Origin: a virus
Virus record (IMG/VR): IMGVR_UViG_3300005918_000012
Strand: one strand, 5' to 3'
Length of the DNA stretch: 64,000 nucleotides
The notes beneath the pieces are model-generated. The model saw nothing but the letters and a program-made list of their open reading frames with translations, had not been told where the DNA came from and did not search any database. Both the position numbers and the translations under genes were made by a program. This document shows, piece after piece, positions 56,101 to 64,000 of the stretch. Position 1 is the stretch's first letter; every line of letters begins with the position of its first letter.

Positions 56101-59100
56101 CAGGTTATAGGCTCAAGATCACCAATGGGGATGCTGAAGGTTCATATTATATCACGGCTGTTACAGAACATACCCTGACGGTTACCCCCTCCTTCTTATG
56201 GGCTTCCGATCAGCCTGCTGCCTGGGAGTTGTTTGAGGGTTATACTAAAGATACTTACGACCCAATGGTCGTAGCTGATATGCTATATCAAGAATTCAAC
56301 CCCTTAACAGAAGAACCTTTTCAGATTCGAACATTGTCGTATGTAGGTAGGGTTCTTCCTGATTCTGCAACACAAGCAGCAAACCAATTAAAAGCCAATA
56401 TCCAAGGAGCTTTGTCCAGTGGCCGACCCATTAATGTGCGGTACGGAGCTGTAGCCCCGACTGATTCAAACACCGTTGCTTTAACTTGGCTGACGAAAAC
56501 TGATTTAGGGGTTATGGAAAATGGTTTGTTGATATTACCTGACGTAACTTCTCTCAGGTTTACCCAAGAAGCATTCAGCATTCAAGTTGGGACGGTCATA
56601 TTCTCTCATGGTGACCCAATACACCCCTTAGTAGGTGTTTCGGCCTTCAGCGTCGACCCTGGAGCTTCTATAGAGTATCTGACGGTAGATACTGAGTTCC
56701 CAAAAGGGCAGTTGAAGTTTGGTACTGAGGTTCTGGGAGCATATGCAGAGAGTCATGTTTTAGTTAATGATGATTTCCTTCCAGCAACGGAATTGGCTTC
56801 TTTACACGGTGAGATAAGTCCTTTGACAGGCCAGCTCAATTTATCTGAAGTTGACCTTCTAAGTTTTGCCGGAGAGAGAGCTTACTTCGTCGAGCAGATG
56901 GATACTCAGGAAGACCTTTCTGTTCAACCTATGAGCGGTAGTGTTGCTTTCCTTCGGCCTTTACCCAAGGGTGTGTTGGTTGAGATGGTGTATTATGCTG
57001 CTGACCTCGAAGGCCGTAAAGTACAATATCCTGTCCTTCGATTGGACGGGACTCCCGTACAAGATCAAACAGAAACTCGTCAGATCACAGAATTCCTGCC
57101 AGTGTTTATCCGAGACGAAGTGGCTGAACGAGAAACAGATCGAATCTTTTACTTCAATACGGACTATAATACTGTTTACTCTGACATTGACCCGATCATT
57201 TACATCAGATCCGCCCAGCAAAACTATAATGAAACCAACTGCTTAGTTGATTATATGCCAGATGGCAGAGGCCGATTGACGTTTATTACGTATGATGTTA
57301 CTTCCGATGTGAATGTTAAAGTTACATATGCTGTGGCAGAGTCTCAGGGTGGAGAACGTGCATACGAAACCAGCACGAAACCAGTCTATCGTCCACCTTT
57401 CTTCATTACAGCCGATCAGAACAGATTTGGTTTACACGGAGATAGAGAGAATGAGTTTGAAGCAGGCCAACTGCTCAGGTTTGGCAAAGAGAATTTCTAT
57501 GTAAAAGGAACTAAGTATTACCCAGAGGTATCCGATTCGGATGGGAACGTCACAGGAGATATTACCGCTGTTTATATTTTCCCTCAGACTATTCAGGAAG
57601 TCGGGAGTCGAGCTCCTGCTCGTGACGTTCTGACCTTGAAAACTCTGATGCCTATTACTCCCGTAGTTGATCCTAATGGAGATGTAGTTGGACCGAATGG
57701 AGAAGCAATAGCAGTCACGACAACGGCAGCCTTGGGGTTGATGTTTGAGGTAAGTATTATAGAGTATCCGTTCGAGCCGATCAATCGTGGTCAGACAGAC
57801 ATTGCATTCAAAGGAAATCTGACAAGTTTAGCTGTCCCCGGCCATATCCTTGAGTTCGGTGGTATCCCTTATACTATTGCTGGAGCTGAATTGTCTGATG
57901 ATGGTTCACGAACAGTTATTTCGATTGCAACCGGTATCCGACAGGCTTTCACTGTGGCAGATGACCCCACCGTTCGACTCACATGTCGTCCTGTATATCC
58001 TCCTAACGTGGTGGATTTGCTGGGGGTTGGGCAGTTTGTTCCTGAAGAAGGGTATGAGCTGGTTCAGTATGGGTTGACAGATGGAGATGATAATGTTCTT
58101 CCGGGGAAAACCTTGGTAGACACTGTGGATTATGCCTTTGATCTCTCTAATGGTTTGGTGACGCTCTTAGCTCCTATCCAAGAGCCTTTGAATGCTCCCG
58201 AGTCATTGAAGATGTCCTTTGTCAGGCTTCGGCAGTTAGCCCCTTACGTTCAAGAGGGTGCTATTATCAGGCCGACATATTCAGCAACCTATCAGAATAT
58301 AATAACCCCGAGTGAAGACAACGGGTTATTGGGGGCTACATTACAAGGACGATACACGTTCCGTAACCCTGACTCATTCTATTTCCGAATTGTTCCAATG
58401 ACTCAGTTCCTCGTTGAAGTGACTGAAGAAGTCATTAAGGAAATCACGAGTAAGCAGGCAGCCAGCGGAGCTCCTCAATCTGGTGGTGGGGATGATAACT
58501 GGCAGCAGGGTCGGATAGGTTTGAAATCTGAACGACGACACCTGATGAACAAAGATCGAATGGCTCGAACATTCTTAGATTTTTACAATACGACGACCAA
58601 TGCTTTTGAGCAATTTAGAGAAACCATATCAGGAGAGTTGGTTGGGGATCGTGATGGCAAGTTCCGATTCTGGATTGGCAAAGGAAATGAATGGCCGACT
58701 CCGGGTTATGAGGATGAGATCACGGGTGCTTTGACACCTCGAAATATTTTCACTGAGGTCTTTACCTCTCGGGCTGAGGGTTACGTTTACATACAGCCTT
58801 ATGATGCTTTGGTAGAACCTCAGTCCTTTGAGGTTTCAGGCTCTGAAATGACCGGTAAAGTTGTGAATATTGATGAACTTCATAGTATGATGGATGAGCA
58901 ACGTGATCTCGTAGCAAATGAGGTTGATGATATTGTTATGAGTCGGTACGATGCCATCTTCAAATGGAAAACAGGTTGGCCTTTCTATTCTTTCATTCTG
59001 AAAGGCCAGTTCTATTGGATGTATCAGACTCAGAAGTTCTCTCGGTTGTTCCCTTTGTTTACAAGAACATTCCTCAGAACGAATCCGGGAATCGATGCTG

Positions 59101-62100
59101 ATCTGGATGCTCAAGAAGTAGGCTTCTATTCGGCAGGGCGTTATGACTCTGAAGATGAGTATCAGAAAACAACGGGTAATACGATTGCCCAGTTAGCTAA
59201 TCCTGTAGTAGGGGATATAACTTCTGTCAAGTCCTTGTTCTTGAAGAAACGAAAAGCCCGTGCAAGAGTCTGGCAGTATTTCCCGAATGGTGTTCCAGCT
59301 GCTGCTTTCAGCCCAACCTCACCTGAAATTACTTCACCGTGTTTGATTGCTACGCCCGGTTGGATCAGTGATTTCCCAATAGACCCGACCACAGGGTTCC
59401 CTAACATATCACAATTCCTCATTAATAACGGGGACATACCTGATATTGAGACTGGTGATCCTGAGATGGCCGTCCCTCCGTTTGAAATTGGTGATCAGAT
59501 TGCTTGGGGCAAACCGACAGGTAGAGTATATGATGCTTTCTGCGGGTCTAAAAAAACAGATGGTGATTTTACAGGCTTATACGTTGAGAGTGTTCTCTAT
59601 GGGTGTGTCATTACATTCATGGATGTTGATGATGTGCTGATAACTGATCCAAATAACATCTTAGTTGGAACCAATGCTCAAACAGGTTTTCCTGCCGATG
59701 GGTTTATAGAACTGGGAGACACCGTTCAATCAATAGATATTTCAGGGACTGTTGAGATCAGCAATCCTCCTACTACTGAGGATATGGAACTGGTAGCTGC
59801 TAATCAGAGTAATTACCGACCAGGGTTCGATTTCCAGTACACTCAGGATGGTCAGATACTGGATGTAACATTACCTTCGAAAGACGACCCTCATTTCTGG
59901 CATTTGAAAGAGATGTTGGGACAGAACCCAATACCACCTTTGACTTGTTTAGACGGAGCCGTTGAATTTTACTATGACGGCCAGAACCCTCTATTGATTC
60001 CTGCCTTAGAAGGAGATCCCCAAGATGACTCCGGAGATTTTCATATTCCATTCCTGCAGGTGAAGAATACAGAACTAGACCGGTTCAACGAAGGTTCCAT
60101 TATTGCTGACAGTTTGAAACAAGATAACTTGGGTGTCGGCCTCTATCCTAACGAATGGTTGGGGAATGACGGCACAGTGACGACAATCCCCGCAGTTAAT
60201 CCCGGTCAAGAGAATATTGTTCCTGACGACCAGCCAGCTGCTTTACTGACTACGACAGATGTAGACCCTGCAACATTACCTCCGGGGTCGGCTAATCTTG
60301 ATGAATATGACCTGTTGTTTACCCAAGTGCAAGGGACAAGTCCTTTCACAACTAATGGGTTGGTAACTCCTGATCCAGGAGCAATGGGGATTCTTTCCGT
60401 AGGGCGGATAACTCCACGGAATGGGGCTTGGACACTTTCAAATGACGGCCAGCTCCCAACTGAAACTGGAGAAGGTTCTATGATCGAACCTCCACGGTTT
60501 GTAACTCAAACCAAAGATGGCTCTCCGATTCGGTACAAGATCGAAAATGCCATGGTGAGTGAAGAAAACACAGGTTCGTTGATTGGTATTAAGTTACGTA
60601 CTTACGATGCTGCCGCTCTGGCCACACATTATATGGTGTTGGATTTCACTGATATCAATATTGACATGAGTGGTTTGGATGCTATTTACAATGCTTCATC
60701 AAACAACACAATCACCGTTAAGCTCCTTTCACACGATGACTCGGCTGCTATTGTTGGTCCGGGTGGAGTACCAGCTCCAATCCCAGGTTCAGTATTACTG
60801 ACACTAGGGATTCAACAAAGCACAGGTCTGACAGTTACGAACTATACTGACCCTCCAGTAACGACCACGAACTTAACTAATGCCCAGTTCGGTGTGGACG
60901 GTGCTGTCATTGGGGCACTCTTGGGTGTAGACCCAGCGGATTACATTATTGGTAACGCTCGGTATGTCCTGCTGACTTTCAGTACCCTTACAACTCCTGT
61001 GGTGGATTTGATCTGGGATGTGCCGAACCCTCCTGTAGCTACAAGTACTCGTCCTGATTGGTTTATTCCTTATGGGGTGTCTGATTACTTGGGTGACCTT
61101 TATACCGAAGCAGATTACGGGATGGATTTTGTATTTGATGTGGACACCTACAATATAGCAGGGACGCTCGGAGAATCCACGACAGCTTATATTGGTTCTG
61201 ACCGCTTAACCTTCAATGAGGGCATTGATTTCAGCAAGGCTGAGGGACGTGGAGCAGTTCATCCCTTGAATCCTCTTACTGAGTTGGAAACTTTGTTATC
61301 TATTTATGAAGTGACTGTTGGACATAATAGTGTTCCGACCGTATATGCTTCAACTATCAACACATTCTGTAACGGTGATAATGGTGGGCTGCCCGTACCT
61401 TTCACTTTCCTTCCACGGGATGGTGTTGTAGGAGTCTTTGGCTCACTCGTCGTTCATGGATTTGAGGGTTATGACGGAGCTACAGGGAATATTCCTGTCA
61501 TCGGTAATCTGGCTACTTTCTCAGGAGCTGCTTCAAACAATAAAACTGCAACCTCCCTTCCTATTTGTGAGGGTACTGGATTGATGGAGAGTACTTTCTC
61601 AGGTATAACTGATGCCGAACTCTATGATAATAAGGTGTCAGATGCTATTATTACTGTGGGGGATGTTTCTCAGATAGAGTCTGGTGACATTCTAGTTATC
61701 AAACAAGACGTAAATGGGGAAGCTACAACTAAGGCTGGAACTTACCTTGTTCGACACGGTATTCCACAACATGATTCGGTAGGTTCCCCTACTGATGAGT
61801 GGTGGTGGTCAGCCCCTTCGTCAGTAGCAGATAATGAAACCGGCTGGTGTCCAGTTCATTTCCCCACCGTGGTTAGTTATGATGACGGAACTCATCAATT
61901 AACCATATCTGATCCAGCTCTTATCAGGCCGTTAGAGAGTGGGGTGAATTCTGAATTCCCGATTGGACACGAATATGGATTCCCAGAACCTGCAGCAGTA
62001 CCTACACCTGGTAATTATACGTTCGTGTATATTATCAGGAATGTTTCAGGTCTTTCGACAGCTGATCCAGGTGGTACTCTTGGTGATGTTGATTTTGATG

Positions 62101-64000
62101 CTGCCGTCACCACATATAAAAAATCAATACTTAGGCTTCAGTATGTTTCCATCAGTGTTGTTGCAGGTCAATGTGTTTTGGAGTTGGCCCCTCTAGGAAC
62201 GGAGGATGAGGCCTGTTATGCTGGCGGTGACCCTGCAGTAGCACCAGGAGATGTGAATGATCCTGTTATTCGGACGACTGCTGAATTAGCACTTTTGTTG
62301 GACGATGCTTACAAAGTATCAGGGATGAAAGCATGGCCAGTTAATGTTTCTGGTGAGAATTACGGTCTGCCTGCAAATAATGTGGTTGGTTATGATGACA
62401 CTGCTGGTGGGACTGTCATCAATGGTTTTGAGCGGTTGTATGTGGACAGTCGTTTGGTAGATACCACTCCGGTTTTATCGACGGCTGCCGGTAGTGCTAT
62501 TGTATCTGCATTTGCAGGTGCTGATGAATGGCTTCCTGTCACTTATGACCCTGAAACCAATAATGATTTCTACGAAGACCGAACTACTCCGGTTTATAAT
62601 TTGGTCGTGGGGGCATTGATTAATACAGTTACTACAACGACTTGGGAAACTTTAGATTGGCCAACAGGTGTTGATTATATTGGGCGTGATGCAAACATGC
62701 CTAATTTCTATAGTCATTGTCTGTTGCCTTCTTCTCATTTGACATTAGTTGATCCCAGCCAAGACCCGATCACTGACCCTGACCTTTATAACGGTCATCG
62801 GGCACAATCAGGCATTTTCCTTGAACCTTCATTCCCTCGGCAGGCTTTAAATCTGGTCGGGGGTCATCCGAAGGTTGTAGATGATAATGATGATCTACCT
62901 GACCCGACACTATTATCCGACCTTGAACGGGAGATCGGTGCTAGAGATTCAAACGCTTATGGGATTTTTGGTGGCCCACCTCTTACTTTTACAACACCCT
63001 CAGAAGTATCATTTGAAGTTCGACGTATCAGACGTTTCCATGATGTTCAGGATGTCAATTTAAAACTGGCACCTCTCCGTTACGTTTACGAGATTCGTCG
63101 TGGTCGAATTACTGACTATGACTGGGACCCGACAACTACAAATCAACGTGGTCTCGTGACAGCCGATAATTTCGTAATGAACTTTGACCCAGCTCATGTG
63201 TCAGGAACATCAAAAACTCCTGATGTCTGGAACGACGGTGAGACATATACTGGGACAAACCTCGGTACTTTTAAGACAGGCTTACGGATCAATGAAGATG
63301 TCAATGTCCATCCCGGAGATATGTTTAGGCTCCTGTCTGATGAAGATGGCTCTGTGTTAGAAGAAGTCAGGATTGAAAAGGTTCTTGAGATTGGCAAATT
63401 ACAACTGGCTGCTCCTGGACTTGTAACTCGGACAGCAGCTCAACTGGCTGCCGTAGGTGGCAAAATGAGATTCGAGATATTCCTTAACCGTGCTCCTGTT
63501 CCTTTAGAACAATCTGCTGAGGAACTCCTTGAATTGATTACCGATCAGGAAGTTTATCGGACGGATGCAGAGTATGGTGACACTGATGTTGAAGACCAAG
63601 GCGGTTACGTCCCAGAGATGACTGGCCCTGATTGGGATGACTTTGCTAACCAATTAAAAGATGACTCTGTAGACGGTGTTTCTCAGACCTTTAGTGGCCT
63701 TGGTATCCGTAAGAAAGACATCGTGATTATTGATGCAGCAGGCAAGATTCCTCAACGATCAGGAGATATCCCTTACATTCAAGAACATGGGATGCGTCCT
63801 ATCGGTGACATGGGTGTTTTCGGTCGTGAGGGTTATACAGGAGATGATGTTTTAAGTAATGTTTACGAAGCAGGTTCTACTGACCCCCGTGATGATAACC
63901 GTGGTTATTACCGGGTCACTAAGATTGAAAGTGATACCTTAACTGTCACAGGTGTCTCTACCTTTGCTGGTGATCTGAATGACGATGTGATCTTCGGTAC
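53184..64000 (+). CDS. Giant virion protein (>3600 aa; baseplate wedge/fibre-like), truncated by the window end
   Basis: ATG directly after the previous TAG (MSFQFDGKVLEGVRQSP...). The same frame reads as protein at the end of the window (...FAGDLNDDVIFG). It is missing from the ORF track, consistent with no in-window stop. Acidic and beta-rich. Confidence 0.8.
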   Translation, partial: MSFQFDGKVLEGVRQSPVNAATTDEPGTAVIQDIRPLPQTFELDAPDLVSVAADQYRVAALDTPGSTVMEYLVWAQNSAQLATVDNPDWWTDGGTGEVPTGDLDVIAYPATVDEVTHTDGTANVVIEDEGNRSIGSILWLVVARGDVEYDDDGWVDSDDPTQGREGDNPYLFWQINTANQNPVSGMVTLTPAQLVLLDGGLSIERGDRIVKVGYTVAPPRFWWTRNDRYEQRFGWNGSTQRWEPWKGSGVKELGYLLLDEASFTLSPKIQNLPVGAILPGDGTPSGADKYSMIRLGSDPGVNSTPAAPSDEWAGIMVKLDDAVEDFDFSQAGTLIAVMGQTNGKLVFNPAYVLLNAGNKIWYSYKSFNADEDGVIGSIQDARTDDLYLAPLPGPTDAPLLRYGNRTYLDAVTFNTDGEMDAAGDPDEGQIYLSLSTGRLVLSYVDLGKVDPDNTATFSKYYFGNKVVYDGVALCQRPQPTKSPVRLVNAAGNLTIDASDAYLPDSETLPDSYNPSDWNDAYRGLGVSGILQVPDELGALPQLPTGGREVPVRPGGDNYDDGTKDPNIGMVRALKDTVSDTIIFGRDYAVAEVIPYRIPDDKPSKIRSPQAYVCLQKDPSDQGSEVQFSHTDAHRLSGDYIYFLQAALTPAIFSIEAKIYSRNRDIFRFDGDEIFYFNVDSADYSWDPVALMAANPDNTYFTAEEVAEDMATGAPVTAMNGRIIITGAVSVEIGFGGTDKDLSGATALGFLPGWKAVEGVSCWLPDSGVSVGLSRSPVNLDKSKSTCDFSYVGRVQDGILSDGLQPNPYFFFINAPLQDIAGYDDNLFFRLISYIVDGDAVRVVFKTLDHYKDIIYRFGQKKFDWVAEDSYVQPVEQALNTLTLGNVGVVPEAMVGAPGIGGGLYVNSGEGGFVLQAQDDDYILPFEGAPGNATLIHRFGRRVQFGAQGSFSAGSDQFIDNTVDFTDPEKEVLSGYRLKITNGDAEGSYYITAVTEHTLTVTPSFLWASDQPAAWELFEGYTKDTYDPMVVADMLYQEFNPLTEEPFQIRTLSYVGRVLPDSATQAANQLKANIQGALSSGRPINVRYGAVAPTDSNTVALTWLTKTDLGVMENGLLILPDVTSLRFTQEAFSIQVGTVIFSHGDPIHPLVGVSAFSVDPGASIEYLTVDTEFPKGQLKFGTEVLGAYAESHVLVNDDFLPATELASLHGEISPLTGQLNLSEVDLLSFAGERAYFVEQMDTQEDLSVQPMSGSVAFLRPLPKGVLVEMVYYAADLEGRKVQYPVLRLDGTPVQDQTETRQITEFLPVFIRDEVAERETDRIFYFNTDYNTVYSDIDPIIYIRSAQQNYNETNCLVDYMPDGRGRLTFITYDVTSDVNVKVTYAVAESQGGERAYETSTKPVYRPPFFITADQNRFGLHGDRENEFEAGQLLRFGKENFYVKGTKYYPEVSDSDGNVTGDITAVYIFPQTIQEVGSRAPARDVLTLKTLMPITPVVDPNGDVVGPNGEAIAVTTTAALGLMFEVSIIEYPFEPINRGQTDIAFKGNLTSLAVPGHILEFGGIPYTIAGAELSDDGSRTVISIATGIRQAFTVADDPTVRLTCRPVYPPNVVDLLGVGQFVPEEGYELVQYGLTDGDDNVLPGKTLVDTVDYAFDLSNGLVTLLAPIQEPLNAPESLKMSFVRLRQLAPYVQEGAIIRPTYSATYQNIITPSEDNGLLGATLQGRYTFRNPDSFYFRIVPMTQFLVEVTEEVIKEITSKQAASGAPQSGGGDDNWQQGRIGLKSERRHLMNKDRMARTFLDFYNTTTNAFEQFRETISGELVGDRDGKFRFWIGKGNEWPTPGYEDEITGALTPRNIFTEVFTSRAEGYVYIQPYDALVEPQSFEVSGSEMTGKVVNIDELHSMMDEQRDLVANEVDDIVMSRYDAIFKWKTGWPFYSFILKGQFYWMYQTQKFSRLFPLFTRTFLRTNPGIDADLDAQEVGFYSAGRYDSEDEYQKTTGNTIAQLANPVVGDITSVKSLFLKKRKARARVWQYFPNGVPAAAFSPTSPEITSPCLIATPGWISDFPIDPTTGFPNISQFLINNGDIPDIETGDPEMAVPPFEIGDQIAWGKPTGRVYDAFCGSKKTDGDFTGLYVESVLYGCVITFMDVDDVLITDPNNILVGTNAQTGFPADGFIELGDTVQSIDISGTVEISNPPTTEDMELVAANQSNYRPGFDFQYTQDGQILDVTLPSKDDPHFWHLKEMLGQNPIPPLTCLDGAVEFYYDGQNPLLIPALEGDPQDDSGDFHIPFLQVKNTELDRFNEGSIIADSLKQDNLGVGLYPNEWLGNDGTVTTIPAVNPGQENIVPDDQPAALLTTTDVDPATLPPGSANLDEYDLLFTQVQGTSPFTTNGLVTPDPGAMGILSVGRITPRNGAWTLSNDGQLPTETGEGSMIEPPRFVTQTKDGSPIRYKIENAMVSEENTGSLIGIKLRTYDAAALATHYMVLDFTDINIDMSGLDAIYNASSNNTITVKLLSHDDSAAIVGPGGVPAPIPGSVLLTLGIQQSTGLTVTNYTDPPVTTTNLTNAQFGVDGAVIGALLGVDPADYIIGNARYVLLTFSTLTTPVVDLIWDVPNPPVATSTRPDWFIPYGVSDYLGDLYTEADYGMDFVFDVDTYNIAGTLGESTTAYIGSDRLTFNEGIDFSKAEGRGAVHPLNPLTELETLLSIYEVTVGHNSVPTVYASTINTFCNGDNGGLPVPFTFLPRDGVVGVFGSLVVHGFEGYDGATGNIPVIGNLATFSGAASNNKTATSLPICEGTGLMESTFSGITDAELYDNKVSDAIITVGDVSQIESGDILVIKQDVNGEATTKAGTYLVRHGIPQHDSVGSPTDEWWWSAPSSVADNETGWCPVHFPTVVSYDDGTHQLTISDPALIRPLESGVNSEFPIGHEYGFPEPAAVPTPGNYTFVYIIRNVSGLSTADPGGTLGDVDFDAAVTTYKKSILRLQYVSISVVAGQCVLELAPLGTEDEACYAGGDPAVAPGDVNDPVIRTTAELALLLDDAYKVSGMKAWPVNVSGENYGLPANNVVGYDDTAGGTVINGFERLYVDSRLVDTTPVLSTAAGSAIVSAFAGADEWLPVTYDPETNNDFYEDRTTPVYNLVVGALINTVTTTTWETLDWPTGVDYIGRDANMPNFYSHCLLPSSHLTLVDPSQDPITDPDLYNGHRAQSGIFLEPSFPRQALNLVGGHPKVVDDNDDLPDPTLLSDLEREIGARDSNAYGIFGGPPLTFTTPSEVSFEVRRIRRFHDVQDVNLKLAPLRYVYEIRRGRITDYDWDPTTTNQRGLVTADNFVMNFDPAHVSGTSKTPDVWNDGETYTGTNLGTFKTGLRINEDVNVHPGDMFRLLSDEDGSVLEEVRIEKVLEIGKLQLAAPGLVTRTAAQLAAVGGKMRFEIFLNRAPVPLEQSAEELLELITDQEVYRTDAEYGDTDVEDQGGYVPEMTGPDWDDFANQLKDDSVDGVSQTFSGLGIRKKDIVIIDAAGKIPQRSGDIPYIQEHGMRPIGDMGVFGREGYTGDDVLSNVYEAGSTDPRDDNRGYYRVTKIESDTLTVTGVSTFAGDLNDDVIFG

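Noticed and set aside
106-63397. Numerous short minus-strand and nested ORFs in the ORF track
   Set aside because: They are shadows of long + strand genes and have no recognisable motifs. Only 32521-34044 is accepted on the minus strand.
1-64000. Alternative genetic code (stop-codon reassignment)
   Set aside because: Long genes are intact under code 11, and TAA, TGA and TAG all end genes with tight downstream starts.
1-64000. tRNA, rRNA, introns or inteins
   Set aside because: No cloverleaf/T-loop signatures were noticed in the short intergenic regions, and no interrupted genes or intein end motifs were recognised by eye. A tRNAscan/Infernal run would be needed to exclude them formally.

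Overview
This 64 kb window is almost entirely + strand and densely coding. It is part of the virion morphogenesis region of a large contractile-tailed (myovirus-like, probably jumbo) bacteriophage that uses the standard bacterial code. The host cannot be assigned from this window. Gene order: C-terminal part of the HK97-fold major capsid protein (MCP), head accessory genes (including three tandem paralogues), putative adaptor, a free-standing endonuclease, a cluster of modular proteins sharing a ~27-aa 'KLANxNP..RKHLxPILKQA' module, neck genes, an actin-like ATPase, a very large tail sheath, a 5.4-kb accessory island (MerR-HTH + VIT/vWA, and an HTH/integrase-SAM-like gene), tail tube, chaperones, tape measure, baseplate genes, and a >3600-aa ORF that runs off the end. 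Three observations stand out. (1) A compact array at 23059-24582 holds free-standing mini-genes that copy pieces of the phage's own virion proteins: three MCP A-domain copies and one tail-tube fragment. This is a candidate decoy/anti-defence or assembly-modulating system. (2) A structured non-coding element occurs twice, upstream of the sheath and of the tail chaperone. It is built from (NNAY)6-7 tetranucleotide tracts plus TTGAGC boxes in a two-fold symmetric loop. (3) The repeated 27-aa module is a putative capsid-targeting/cleavage signal. All functional calls come from motif recognition by eye and gene order. No database search was run.
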